This document shows, piece by piece, positions 25,801 through 37,700 of a DNA stretch of 64,000 nucleotides (position 1 is the stretch's first letter; every line of letters begins with the position of its first letter). The DNA comes from Vicugna vicugna (taxonomy: Eukaryota): the NCBI GenBank assembly GCA_013265495.1, contig MU058017.1, positions 312,375 through 376,374 on the forward strand, in the 5' to 3' direction. Both the position numbers and the translations under genes were made by a program. The notes beneath the pieces are model-generated. The model made no database searches, was not told the origin of the DNA, and was given only the letters and a program-made list of their open reading frames with translations.

Positions 25801-27689
25801 AATATATGAATTTTCCAAATACATATTGGGGACAGAGGGAAGTTTCTAAAACACTCCAATGAGTTGTCTGTGTTCAGAATTTCTAACGAATCTGTACAAA
25901 ATTCTCTGCTGCAAATGAAATGCTCTGATCAAATTTCAACATTTCCTCCAATTTTCTCCCAACTGCATTATGGTCTAATATTGAGTCAGTCTGTTTTACA
26001 CAGGCAGATGCATTTGGCACACTGATACTGAATCAAACCATCTGAAGTGTATTGCCCTCCACGTGGGATAGTATCTGAAATCACGTGGATATCACTTCCC
26101 TTGGTAGAAAAGTTTCCTCAGAGCAGAGTGCCGAAAGGGAGTCAAAAGTTCACAAAATTTAAAACAAAAACAAAGAAAAACAAACAGCAAAACAGAGAAA
26201 AATTCTATCTTCATAGTTCCAAGGATTCTCCAGCCAGAGCCCTGTATTCTCTTTACCCCTACGCACCTCAGGAATTCTCTGACACACTAGGGCAGCAATT
26301 ATGGGGATAGTGTATCTCCTTTCTCATCTACAAGGTTGATGAAGTCATCCTTGACCTACCCTCATCACAGCTAATGAAAATGAAATGAGATCATACATGT
26401 GGAAATGCCCTGAAAAGCATCAAGTGCTCTCTGTACTTGAGAGGGAGTGGTGATGTTGGTATTTGTGTTGGTCCTAGAGGTGCAGATGTGGCAATATGAA
26501 TTATCTTCTGAAATATCCAGTAGAAAACCTTCTTGGTCTAGTTGTAGAGAAAGTGGGGAATGGGGAAGTCTATCTGATCCTGAACTGTGTTCTTCCCATG
26601 CCACACAGCCAGATGCGAACCCAGTATCCACCTGAGACTCTCATAATTAATCCAGCACAGAAAGTCCAATAAAAATGAAGGTTCCAGAAAGAATGCAAAG
26701 ACATACAACAAGATAAAGTTTAACTGAAAACTAGGAGAATGAAGAAACCAAAACATGGAAGAAATGAGAATAGAAAAATAAGGTGAAACCAAGATAGAAT
26801 GACACAGATTCCTTCTCCAAAATTCAATGGGACCAAAACTATAAGTAACAAATTACAAGAGTTCCATGGGATCTAGCCATTTTTTACAAAGCAATTTAAG
26901 TCTCACTTCTTAACAGGTCATTTATCTTCCCATTCCCTTATGTAGTGATCTAAAGCCCATTTAACCACTTGTCAATGGCTGTGGTGTTTTTAATGTTAGC
27001 TTGCAAATAGACTTGCCTATTTCCTCATGCATGGAGTGAAACTCCAAGATTGTGACTTCCCTTCTAGGAAAACAAGTGGACTGGACTGCCAGAGATGAAG
27101 AGATCTGGTATTGGCACACTGAGTGTGCTCACAAAACCATGTGGTGGCTCTAAACAGAAATTACCAGGGCCAATCATTATATGTCCACATTTAGGAAATA
27201 AATTCGTGGATAATATAAACACCAAGGTAGAACTTTAAATTGTCCCTCTTGCTGTTATGGACACTCTCTAAGGTGATCTTGGAAGATGTCTGCCTTTAAA
27301 GGAAATAGATGGAACCAGACATCTTGAGATGGTATCCAAGCATCACAGAGCATCCAAAAACAAGTGGCTCTAATTCTTAAGTGCATTCAGCATTAGGTGC
27401 AGCCTATTATTCATTCATCTAGCCAGTCAAAACTGTCAGTGTGTAATGGTGTATACCAGGAGAATGCAATTGGGCTTTTTTTTATCTCAAAGCAATATTG
27501 AAACACATCTGCTCAAATAACCCTTGCATCTCGACTGACTAACCAGGCAGGAAGACTCAAAGTGCAGGCTACCACGCAGATTGACCCTTCTGATCCACAC
27601 CAGAAAACACAAAGCATATCATCGTGGTTTTCCCACAACAAGCACAGAGAAGGACCAAGTTTTCCTTTTTTGTGTGTTTCTTGACCATC

Positions 27690-27945
27690 CTCTGACTTAC
27701 ACCTGGCATCTTGAGTAACCACCTCAAAGCTTCCCATCATGAGCAAGGGCCTTCTCTGAGCTCCCATAGTGCCCAGTACTCACCTCACCGATAGAATTTA
27801 CCATGCTGAGTGGAAATTACCTGTGTCTCCCTCACCAGACTGTTTAAATTCCTCAAAAGTGGGAACCAAGTCATACTGGTCTTTTGAACCCCAGTTTCTA
27901 TGACCCTGCCAGAAACATACTAGCAGCTGTAAATGTTTTGTGATA
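27690..27945 (+). mobile_element. L2 3' remnant
   Basis: ctcccatagtgcccagtact...tgtctccctcaccagactgtttaaattcctcaaaagtgggaaccaagtc...tttgaaccccag. Confidence 0.55.
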
Positions 27946-28437
27946 CAAATGGAGAAAAAGGGGCTAAGAAGAGAGAAAGGTAGGAGAGAACATAATGATT
28001 TATTTGCAAAAAAGTTCTACAACCCACAAATACACACACACACACACACTATGCTAGGCCTGGTGTCAGGGGAAAAAAGTCTTCAAGGAGGGAGCAGTGA
28101 ATTTGAGGAGAAAATAAGTGAGCATATGTATAAAACAGTAAACAGAGGAAAATGTCAGAAGTCCCAGTTTCCCTGGGAGGTTCAGAAAAAGATCAGGTAA
28201 CATTTTCTGAAGAAGGCAGTTTTGAAGTAATGAAGAATTTGAGCATGTGTCCATAGATGGATCTGGAAACAGACCCTCCAACCACCATCACATAGAAGTT
28301 GAAGAATCAAGGGTGCAGACGTTGTGAAAAGCAAATTGTTTCTCCTGACTGGAGCACGAGGTATGTAAATGAAATTGGAAATGAAGCCTGGGCTTGAATC
28401 TTGGAGGGGGATCTTCAATGCAAGAAGACAAATCGGA

Positions 28438-28577
28438 TTTTTTTAATTGAGGTATAGCTGATGTACAATATTAAATAAGTTTCAGGTTTACAACATAGTG
28501 ATTCACAATTTTTAAAGGTTATACTTCATGTATCGTTATTATAACATATTGGCTATATTCCCTGTGCTGTACAATAT
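28438..28577 (-). mobile_element. Short L1 3' end (artiodactyl-type)
   Basis: ttttttaattgaggtatagctgatgtacaatatt...ggctatattccctgtgctgtacaatat. Confidence 0.88.
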
Positions 28578-29809
28578 TTGGGTTTTTTAATAAATAGTGT
28601 AGTGTTGTTGAAGGTGTCTGAGTGAAGGCATGACATAACCATTGCTGGTTTTAGGGTGACTGCTGTGGCGGCAAGAGGCAAAGTGATTTGGGGATAGGAC
28701 ATGTCAGTCTAAGGCCAGGGCACCTGTTAGATCTCTCATCTCAGATAAACATTTTTGCATCTCACACTTAAGTTTTTCATGAAAATCTTAGTTTATATAA
28801 GACTCTGAGCAGGAAATAAGGTATTTATTAAAATGAGTAAGAGGTAAATATTAATAAAAGCATAAGAGAGTAAGCCACAATTAGAAAGAATGGAGGGTAG
28901 AAGATAAAGCAGTATTAAGAATTATTCAGCAAGGGATGTCTAGGATCAGACACTCCCATATCTTAGACAGGATCTAAGATGCTATATGGTAGGGGTTAAC
29001 TGTATTTCTCTAGCACCCTGGAAAGCTTTTACTTTTCCACTCTTGAGTAAGAAAAAAATCCCTGGACTACATTCCTGCCTCGCCATTGCACTACCCCCAT
29101 GAGAGAATTCCTCAAATGAAATTAAGAAACAGAAAAAGAATGGAATGACGTTAGGTGCCATTGGTTATGGGGAGAGAATGAGCTGGGAAAAGGTTCAGAG
29201 ACCCTAGTAAACCTGCAATTGTTTGGGAAACTAAAAAAGACCACAGTGATTTGTCTATATTGAAACGGGCAACCAAATTTTTCCTAATTAAAGATATAAA
29301 GAGGTGAGGAACTACGACAGGGAAGAATTCACAGTGGGAGAAGAGTAGAGAGCTCCTTAGGAAATCAAATCAATTTATTTGGACATCAGGTAAAACTGGC
29401 ATAATGGATAGAATTTTCAGAAACTGGGGATCTATGTGGTGTGGTTACATTTCCATCAATCAAAAGGAGAATCACTACTTAACTCAGAGGAAGAAAGTTA
29501 AAAAAACTTCAAGATTTACAGGCTAATGGCTAAATCCAGTAGATTTATGCCAAGTCCTGAGACTTAGACAATGGTTACAGTTAAAAGCTAGTTAAGTGAC
29601 AATGGTATATCCCACCTTTGGGGATTCTGTACCTAGAATACAGACAAGCTTCAATGTTGGGGTGTGATCCCCTTGTAGCAAACACTGGACTAATGCATTA
29701 TGAGCTCTTACTCCCAAGTCTAAAATTGAGCACGTGTATCATTGAATGGCAGGTTGACTTCATGGGGATGTTGAGCAAGAAGAGCATCGACCAACTGACA
29801 GAGAGCAGG

Positions 29810-29980
29810 CAGCTGAAAGGTGGAAAGAACTTCAGAGAATGTTTGGTTAAGCATCTTTATTTTACATACAGACACTGAATCCAAAAAGGATAAAACATCT
29901 GCTCCAAGTTTTCATGGGTAGTTAGTGGCCCAGCTGGGACTAAACCCCTGATTTCCTGACTCTCTGTCCAGTGCTCTTTA
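29810..29980 (-). mobile_element. MIR-family remnant
   Basis: attttacatacagacactgaatccaaaaaggataaaacatctgctccaag...tagttagtggcccagctgggactaaacccc. Confidence 0.65.
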
Positions 29981-30869
29981 TAAAGCCTGCGGGAGCTGAG
30001 GCAGTCGTCTGTGGGATCACCCACGTCAGTCAGCTTTCTACCATCTGGGCCAACAGGAAAGCAGTGACTCACAGAATCCAACGTTCCTTTGGAATGCAGG
30101 AGAGGTGTGCCTTTCTTCTGTGCTGTGAGCCTTTTCAATTTTTGTAAATAAAACCCTACTTTAAATGTCCTAGGAGAGCTGGCAATTGTAAGTGCCTTGC
30201 AGTCCAAGATCATATTTGGTGATACTTAGCACAAGCATAGGCTGACTAACTGATGGGTCATTTGATAGATGGAGAGCAAATTTCTGTACATCAAACTGCA
30301 AATCATCAGTGATTTTTTGCTTAGACCCAGACCCATTCATTTGCATTTTAAAGCACTTAGGAGTAGCAGGAAAAGTTGAAGGCTGAAGTTTGCCATGGGT
30401 AACAAATAGAAAATAATTGAAAGTTAGCTGTTTGAAAATATAAATGTGAAGATTTAGCTTTTAATGCCAGGTTCCACTGTTTCCTAATCTAGGAAATCTT
30501 GAAAATTCAAGGATCTCCTATATCAGACCTATTGTCTTGAGATAGATATATTTTTGATAAACTTAAAGCTACAACAGGTGAAGGAAAGACTGGCTCCTCT
30601 GACACACAGAGCAGACACCCACCTTCACATTCATTCTGGCCGCACCCTGGAAGAATCCTGCCTTCCCATCTCCTTCCAACCACTCAGGACATGTAGGGAT
30701 ACTCTGGGCTAGGACCACCATTGTTTCTGCCACCTCACACAGACCTCCAAGTCTGCAGGACACAGACACTCAGATTTCTCTGTTTCTAAGGATACTAATG
30801 GCTCTGGACATACAGGCAAATATTTATGTGCAGAGGTACTATAAAGATCCTATTCAAAGAAAAGTGAAT

Positions 30870-31355
30870 TCTTAATGATCCACCATTTCCATCGACTGCT
30901 CAGCCATTTGACTGCTCAGAAGTCTTCAATGACTCTTCAGTGCCTACAGTATACAGTTCAAACTATTAAGGTGACATTTAAGGCCTTCCACACACTGCCT
31001 CCCCATCTTCTTTCCAGCTTCTTGGTCTCATTGTTCTGCTACACAGACCCTTCACTTCAGTCATGCTGACTAATTCACCATCCTCCCAATAACTCTGTGC
31101 CTTCCCTTCTGTGCCTTCCCCAGTTGCATACATTCCCTCCCTTGCTCTATTATTCATCACTCATCTATCCCAATGTGACTTTCCATGGCTCAGCTCCAAT
31201 GCCACCTCCTCCCTGAAATCTCTTTGCTACCCAACTAATAGGATTTCATGCTTTTCTTCCCTCCATGAGAACAGATCTACATTCTTGTTTTCCTCTGCTT
31301 TGAATACACAACACTGTCTGTATCCATTCTTAATAAATATTTGTTAACTGATTAA
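30870..31355 (+). mobile_element. L2 3' fragment
   Basis: gctcagaagtcttcaatgactc...atttaaggccttccac...gctcagctccaatgccacctcctccctgaaatct...taataaatatttgttaactgatt. Confidence 0.75.
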
Positions 31356-32849
31356 TTCTAAATAAGCACAAAAAAAGTTTCCATTTCAAAGCTCTTTAAA
31401 ATAAGGTAATCATCTGTAGCTATTATTATATTCATACAATGGAAACTCCAGAGCATCTAGTATGTTGTCATTGGAATCCTTTCTTTCCACAGAAGGCCAA
31501 ACTAGGTCATTTCAAACCTCAGTCACCTTCAAGAGATTCTAGAAGGCACTCTAAGAGTCAGCAAAGAGATCACTTTCCTGGATTCCTGACTTGCTGTCCA
31601 GATATGCTACTGAATCAGATTTAGGCAAGTGTGAACTGGAGAAATAGAACGAATCATTAGCACCATCCAAAGGAAATGAAAGGAGATCTTTTGTTACAGT
31701 GGCTGGATATTCAGGTTTGAAAGGAGGGAGTGATAGAAAGAAAGGGAGAAGAAAAGATGGCTGTCAATTGCTTTCCCTTTGAAAGTGCTTTTCTTGCCTT
31801 TTCTGTTTCTATTTTTCCAACGATGTGATGGAACTGGAATGTCTGGAGGCATTAAATTAGGACTGAAAAGATGATTTGCTATAATCTGATGAGGCTACCT
31901 ACTAACATATTTATCATCCAGATGCTCCTCTAACTAGGTCCTGCTTAGTCTGCCCAGAAAACATTTCTTTGCTAAATTAAAAAGTGCCAGAAGTGGTACC
32001 TTGCCTGTAAAATCACATTAATCTCAGGGTTCAGCCCCAGAATAGTGAATGCACTCTTATTTTTCACGTCCAGTAACAAGGGTTATTCATTTCATAGACT
32101 TCATTTAATGGATTTAGCCACATCCTCGAAATTCAAACATACTATTTGGAACGAGGAAAACTGAGTTATGGAGAGTGAGAAGAGAGTAAAACCAATGCAA
32201 ATGGGCAGGAAAGTTAATGCGAAAGTTCTAGGTTTCTAAGCATTCATTTATTCTTTTATTCATTCATTAAACCAATAAATACTGGCCACTCTCTATGCAT
32301 CAGTATTCAATAGTGTCATGTATTCAATTGGACTATATGTATCTATTGAGCACTTGTTTTCTGTTAGCTAGTTAACCACTAGATGTAACTTCTTCACCGC
32401 CAAAAGGTTTCTGAATATAATTTGAAATGGGGACCTAGAGATAAAAAATTATAAATATTAAGAGAAATAATCAATGTCATGAAACATCATAAGTAACATT
32501 TGGATAACGGTTCTAATGTCAAATTTGTTTATATATGATAAAGAGCTTAAATTTTTCATCTCATATATCATTAATCTTCCTTCATACCCTGAGCACATGA
32601 GGTTCTACTTTATTGACTCCCAGGTGTATCCAATTGAAAATAAGCTTAGTTATCAAAAAAAAAAAAAGCAATTTGAGGCTTTGAGCTCTAGAGGCAGACA
32701 GATGGGAAGATGAATATTTAAAAATGATGTCCAGTGTAACCTTAACGCATATGGTAGCTAGTATTACTATTATCCAAATTCCACTGTTGGGTATGTCCTT
32801 AGTGAATTTCTTTAAAATCCTTTTGCACATTTGTGGATCTTTTAAAAAC

Positions 32850-33074
32850 CAATGGTTCTTAAAAGGAGGAGGGGATTTTTGCCCCACAGCCCTGACATTT
32901 GGCTAAGTGTAGAGACATTTTTAATTTTCACAACTCGGGGAGGAGGTTGCTATTAGAATCTGGTGGGTAGAGGCCAGAGATACTGCTCAACATCCTACAA
33001 TTCCCAGGAGAGGTCCCCACAAGAAAGAATTATCCGGCCCAAGATTTGAGTAGTACCTAGTTTGACAAACCCTG
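32850..33074 (+). mobile_element. MER20 (hAT-Charlie MITE)
   Basis: caatggttctta..ggggatttttgcccc..gacatttggc..agacattttt...tggtgggtagaggccagagatactgctcaacatcctaca...aaagaattatccggccc..ttgacaaaccctg. Confidence 0.92.
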
Positions 33075-34616
33075 CTCTTGGCCATCATTCTTCCTTCTTT
33101 TAGAGTCTGGTACCCTCACCTCCAAAGACATCAGGATCTAATCTGAGCCCAGGCTAGGTGTTCTATAAGGTGGCCTGACTCACAGAGTGCACACGCTTTG
33201 CAAGCTCACCAGCTGTGGTTCCACTTCTTGTCAGCTTAAGCTAGTTGCTTAACCCTTTTGAAATTCCTTTTTGAAAAAGTCTACAGGATATATATCATAC
33301 TTACTTCATAAGGTTGTAGTGAACACTAAATCAAGTTTTATATAGGTACATACATGGCTATAGATATAGAGAGAGAGTTATATATCAGTAAATTCAGTAA
33401 ATTAGTTCTCTTACTCTTCCCAGGCCCACCTATCCATCTCCCTGCCCCTCCCTTCCTCCTGTCAGTACCCCTCATCCCCAAGGCTCAGGTTCTCTCTTTG
33501 AAAATGCTTTAATTCCTTTGGTGGCAAAATCAAGCTTGGACTAGGAAGTGAGTCACCACTCAGCAGCTAAAGGAGTTTGTTTTTCTTTCTCTGAATGTAT
33601 TTCTTAAGAATTTCGGCCTGATCCTTCAGCCTCTTGTTGGTTGAATCCTCTCTTAATGTTTAAGACACACACAGAGAAAGCTGTGGCACCAAGACGTTTT
33701 CCAATTGCTAGGAATGAGAGTTTTTAAAATACCGAAAATAACCAGAGGGCAGAGAGCCCTGAAATCCTGTTACATAAGCAGACGTCGGAGGACCGAGGCC
33801 GGTTCTGAGGTTCCTTTCTCCACAGGCCAATCTCCGCTGATCCTCTCCAACCTTTGCTGGATTTACCTTAACGCCGCAGAAGTCTCAAGAGGGGCCTCTG
33901 GGTACTGCTCACTGCCGGCAGCACCGGGAGAACTTTCTGGTCCAAAAGCACAGCCAGGAGTGATCAGTGAAAGGGCTAGGTTTCGCCCGCGGGTGGTGGG
34001 AGACCAGGACTTTGGGGGCGCAGGGAGACCGCGGGGATCGCGGCCACGGAGGTCTGCTCCCCGCTCTGCCCGCTGCGTGTCCACCCCGCACTTGGGATGT
34101 GCTACTCCGATGGCCAGCTTCCCCTGTTTTGGCTCGACTCGGAACCCTTCAAGGCTCCTGAACAGTTATTCAGCTTTTCAAATTCACAGAAAACACCTTT
34201 TATCATCATAGCCCCTCAGATCTCGCCCGCCCTTCCACACACCATCAGAAATGCCATACAAAGACGGAAAATAATCCGATCCCCTTTTCCTTCCTTGCCT
34301 TGCGTGTTGGGCGTCTCTGTCTCTTACTGATTCTCTCTCCAACCTCTTCCCTGTCGGTGGTCTACACCGCTTTCTCTGTATCTCTATTTCTCTCCGTTCT
34401 CTCTCTCTTTTTCCTTTCCCTCTCCCCCTCCCTCTCCCGTTTCAACTGCGTCCTCCGCTCCTAACCCCCCTCGCTCCCCGCCCCTCCTCCCTCTTTCGGG
34501 CTCCTCGCTCTGCCCTCTCCGCCCCTCCCTAGAGAAGTGTCCAGCTCCTCCCGGGGCTGCCGCCCGCCGCTCCTTCTCTGCCCACCTACTATGAGGAGCA
34601 GCTCCTCCCACCTGCC

Positions 34617-34624
34617 CATAAAAG
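34617..34624 (+). promoter_or_regulatory. COL8A1: TATA-like box CATAAAAG
   Basis: About 30 bp upstream of an initiator-like gATCAGA (34648-34654) and about 100 bp upstream of a strong splice donor. Confidence 0.75.
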
Positions 34625-34648
34625 CCAAGTGCATGTTACCAGAAGCGG

Positions 34649-34718
34649 ATCAGAGCGCTCTCCCGGTCCTCGCCTGTGGGAGCCCCCGAGCTTCTCTCCT
34701 GGATCTTACGTGCTCAAG
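34649..34718 (+). other. COL8A1: Non-coding first exon (5'UTR) of collagen VIII alpha 1; intron 1 starts at 34719 and runs past the window end
   Basis: Ends in the consensus donor AAG|GTAAGA and has no ATG. The sequence (..gtgggagcc..cgagc.tctctcc..gatcttacgtgctcaag) matches my recollection of the human COL8A1 mRNA 5' end. The lack of coding exons for >29 kb on either side fits a long first intron beside a gene-poor region. Identity is recalled, not searched. Confidence 0.8.
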
Positions 34719-37700
34719 GTAAGATAACACTGCTGCAGGCATCTGACCTACTAGGGGTTGCTTCGGGGGAATAAGTTTCCTCTGGTCAACGTGCTTACTG
34801 TTTGGTTAGAGCTGATTCCTACGGATGCCAGATCAGCTGCTCCTTTAACCAGCAACTGGTTTGAAAACAAACTTCTGTTTGAACGGTAAAATAAAAGTTC
34901 ATTTTGGGCAGGAACAGCAGCATAAATATTGCAAAAAAAACCCAAAAAAACCCTTTTCTCCTTTTAAATCACTTTTCCCCTGTTGCTGGCTGCTGCTGAG
35001 GTTAAAGTGTATCTGTTTGGGAGTTTTACTGATGTTTTTCATTGTGAATATTTCACATATCGGTGGGGGCAAGGAAAACTTTGTCCCACTGTCAAAAATG
35101 TACTTTAAAAGAACACAATTAGTTTCCTAAAAATAGCACCGTCAAAGGTCTGCTAACAATTTTGCGATGTTTTCCAATCCCCCAAGACAGCTTCTGTGAG
35201 TCCTTTAATAAATATCTTTCCAGGTTTAAGTGCTTGGAAAAAATGATGTGAACCGGTGCCCTTTGCACAGAGACCGTAATCAGGTGGCTAGTAGATAGGA
35301 AAGAACAAATCCAAATTTACAAGCTGGGGCAGAATGTGCTCTCACAGAGCTATCTTTTCTAGACGTCCTAAAATGAGAATAATGTTGGAATAAGAAAGTG
35401 TATAAAAGAACTCCACAAATTTCTACACACACACCTAAACATAAAGCGTTTCAATATGTTTCACAGTAAGAGGGAAAATACAGGCCAGATTATACAATAC
35501 TTCTGTTTAAATCAGACGGTTGTAAAGAAAGATCAGCTTGAAGGCTTCGGAAGTTTGATCCCTGATTGTCACCCTCTTTTCCTCATCAAGTGAAAATCAA
35601 CCTGATTGGCACCCGATTCTCACTGAAATATGGTGTCTTAAGCTACCCTCATTTGGAAAGACTTCAGTCTTTACCTTCTTATTTCTGAAGTCTAAGAGTG
35701 AGTGGTGTGCACCTGTGAAAGGAAAAATATACTCCGTAGCTACTTCTATAAAAACAGACACTTGGTCCATGAACTTTGCCTTCAGAATCTGCGGGCTGTG
35801 TGGGATGAAATCCTCTTATGTGGAGAAAAACCCTCTTCAAATATTTCCTCTGGGGAATTGCACAAGATGCAAACCAAAGCTGGCAGTCAGGAAACCAAGC
35901 CACTAGTTCAGCCCTCAAGGTTCTTAAAGTAAGAGAGGAAAAAGTTACTTTGGGGGGGGGGGGTGTTTATATTGTTTCACTTGAAAAGGGAAAACTCTCC
36001 AAAGCTGTTTTTTTTTTTTAATTCTCACTATTAAAGAAAGTAGACTCATTAGAAGTTTAATTGAGGATCTTCCAAACCTTTCCTCCTTATTATTTGTATA
36101 TCAGAAGAGATTATAAAAATGTCTTAAAATTCTGTTGGATACAAAGAGGATTCAATGCTATTATTCAAATGAAAGAATTATATGTAAAATGTTCTGTCAT
36201 GTGAAATTTTGCTTCATTGGAAAAAATTATTGCAAGGAGTGCAGTTTCCTTTAAGAAAATGATATAAAATTACTATTGGCCATGATAATATGTGACCTGA
36301 GCTTATTAAAATACCTTTTATCTTAAGCCACAGTGCAGGCTGTTTGCTTCATATTTACTGTAAGTGGGTAATCAACCATGACAAGAGCACAGGTATGGGA
36401 CTAGGCCAAACCAAGTGTGTGGTATGTCCAAGCTAATTCCTCTTTTATGTTAGTGCCTGCCTCACGGCCATCATCACAAGAGTGAAAATACACTTCTTCA
36501 TTCACCAGATCCCCTTGAGGAAAGTTATCTTTTCTGGGAGAATAAAAAAAGTGCTGCCAGTGTAAAAGAGCTCCCTGTTATTCCTAAATTTGGGGATGAA
36601 AAGTGTTCTCCCAGGGTTTGCTTCTGCTTTTCCTGGCAGTTAATCCACTCTACCAGCTATGAACCATTTCACAGTAACTGCCTTCCCTGCGTGCATCACG
36701 TTCAACACCCTAAATAACTGAGTGAGATCATCTCTGCCTGTTCGTGATCTCACTTTCCCAGGGTCTTTACCAGACACTCAAAGTGATTCTTTCTCCACAC
36801 TGCCCTTCTTACATTCATAGAAAAATCAGTGGTGGGGTTTCATGGAGTTTCCCCAAAGTCTCCCTCTTTGCACGGGATGAGGAGACATAACAGAAGTTTC
36901 CTCTACACCACGATAACCGCTGCGCCTGGACTGGGTTCATGGCCGTACCTACCCAACACCACTTCCGCAGGCTTTGAATGACTCCTGTAATGTTTCTCAT
37001 GAAAGAAAAGATGAGCAGCTGCCCCATTTGACTAGAGACCTGGGGAGGGTGCTGTGTTGATTTTGTGGGCCTGCTGCACCAAGGGAAACCCACATTTTAC
37101 ATTTTCTACTATTCTCAAAATTATTAAACAATATTCTTTCCATGATCAGAAAGTGTATCCCACCTTATTTCCATTTGTGAAACAGAAATCAAGAAGAGAG
37201 GGTAGGAATGAGGGAGAATTACAGGTAAGCTGGGTGGGATGGCTCCCGGGAAGTGCCCCTGGGAGAAGGGAAGGATCAGAATCTCTTTCACAAAGACAAC
37301 TTCTTTCTGCCCTCACTCAGGTGGAAGATGGGGAGACACTAAAGAGCAAAAATCCATATCTGCTCTTTTATTTTTCTTAAATCAATGAGAGTATTTCCAC
37401 TAATAAGTTAAGCTCTGTCTCTCTACCATGCCCTTCTCTAACAGAAGAGAGTAGCTCGGTTCTAAAGACCAAAATGACTTCAGGTCTGCCCCGCATAAAA
37501 ACCCATAGATCTTTGCCAGTTATGATTTAAAACTATGAATATAAAAACCCTCAAACGTATTTTTAATTAATGGGTGGTTTACATCAACAAATCCAACTCT
37601 CACGCTCCCAAAGGGCCCAGTGTCCGGGAACTATTTGCAAGTTAGAAGTTAGAAGCAGATGTTCACTCCTCCTTAGCCATGGTGATCCCTTTGGATATGG

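Larger units (their letters stand above)
33780..34830. promoter_or_regulatory. COL8A1: CpG-island promoter region
   Basis: Sharp rise in CpG and GC content with no recognisable repeat. GC boxes (ccccgcccc, ctccgcccc) sit upstream of a TATA-like box and the first exon. Confidence 0.85.

Noticed and set aside
33705..34722. ORFs across the CpG island as coding exons
   Set aside because: They overlap on both strands, several use non-ATG starts, and none has a collagen or other recognisable motif. The exon here is non-coding.
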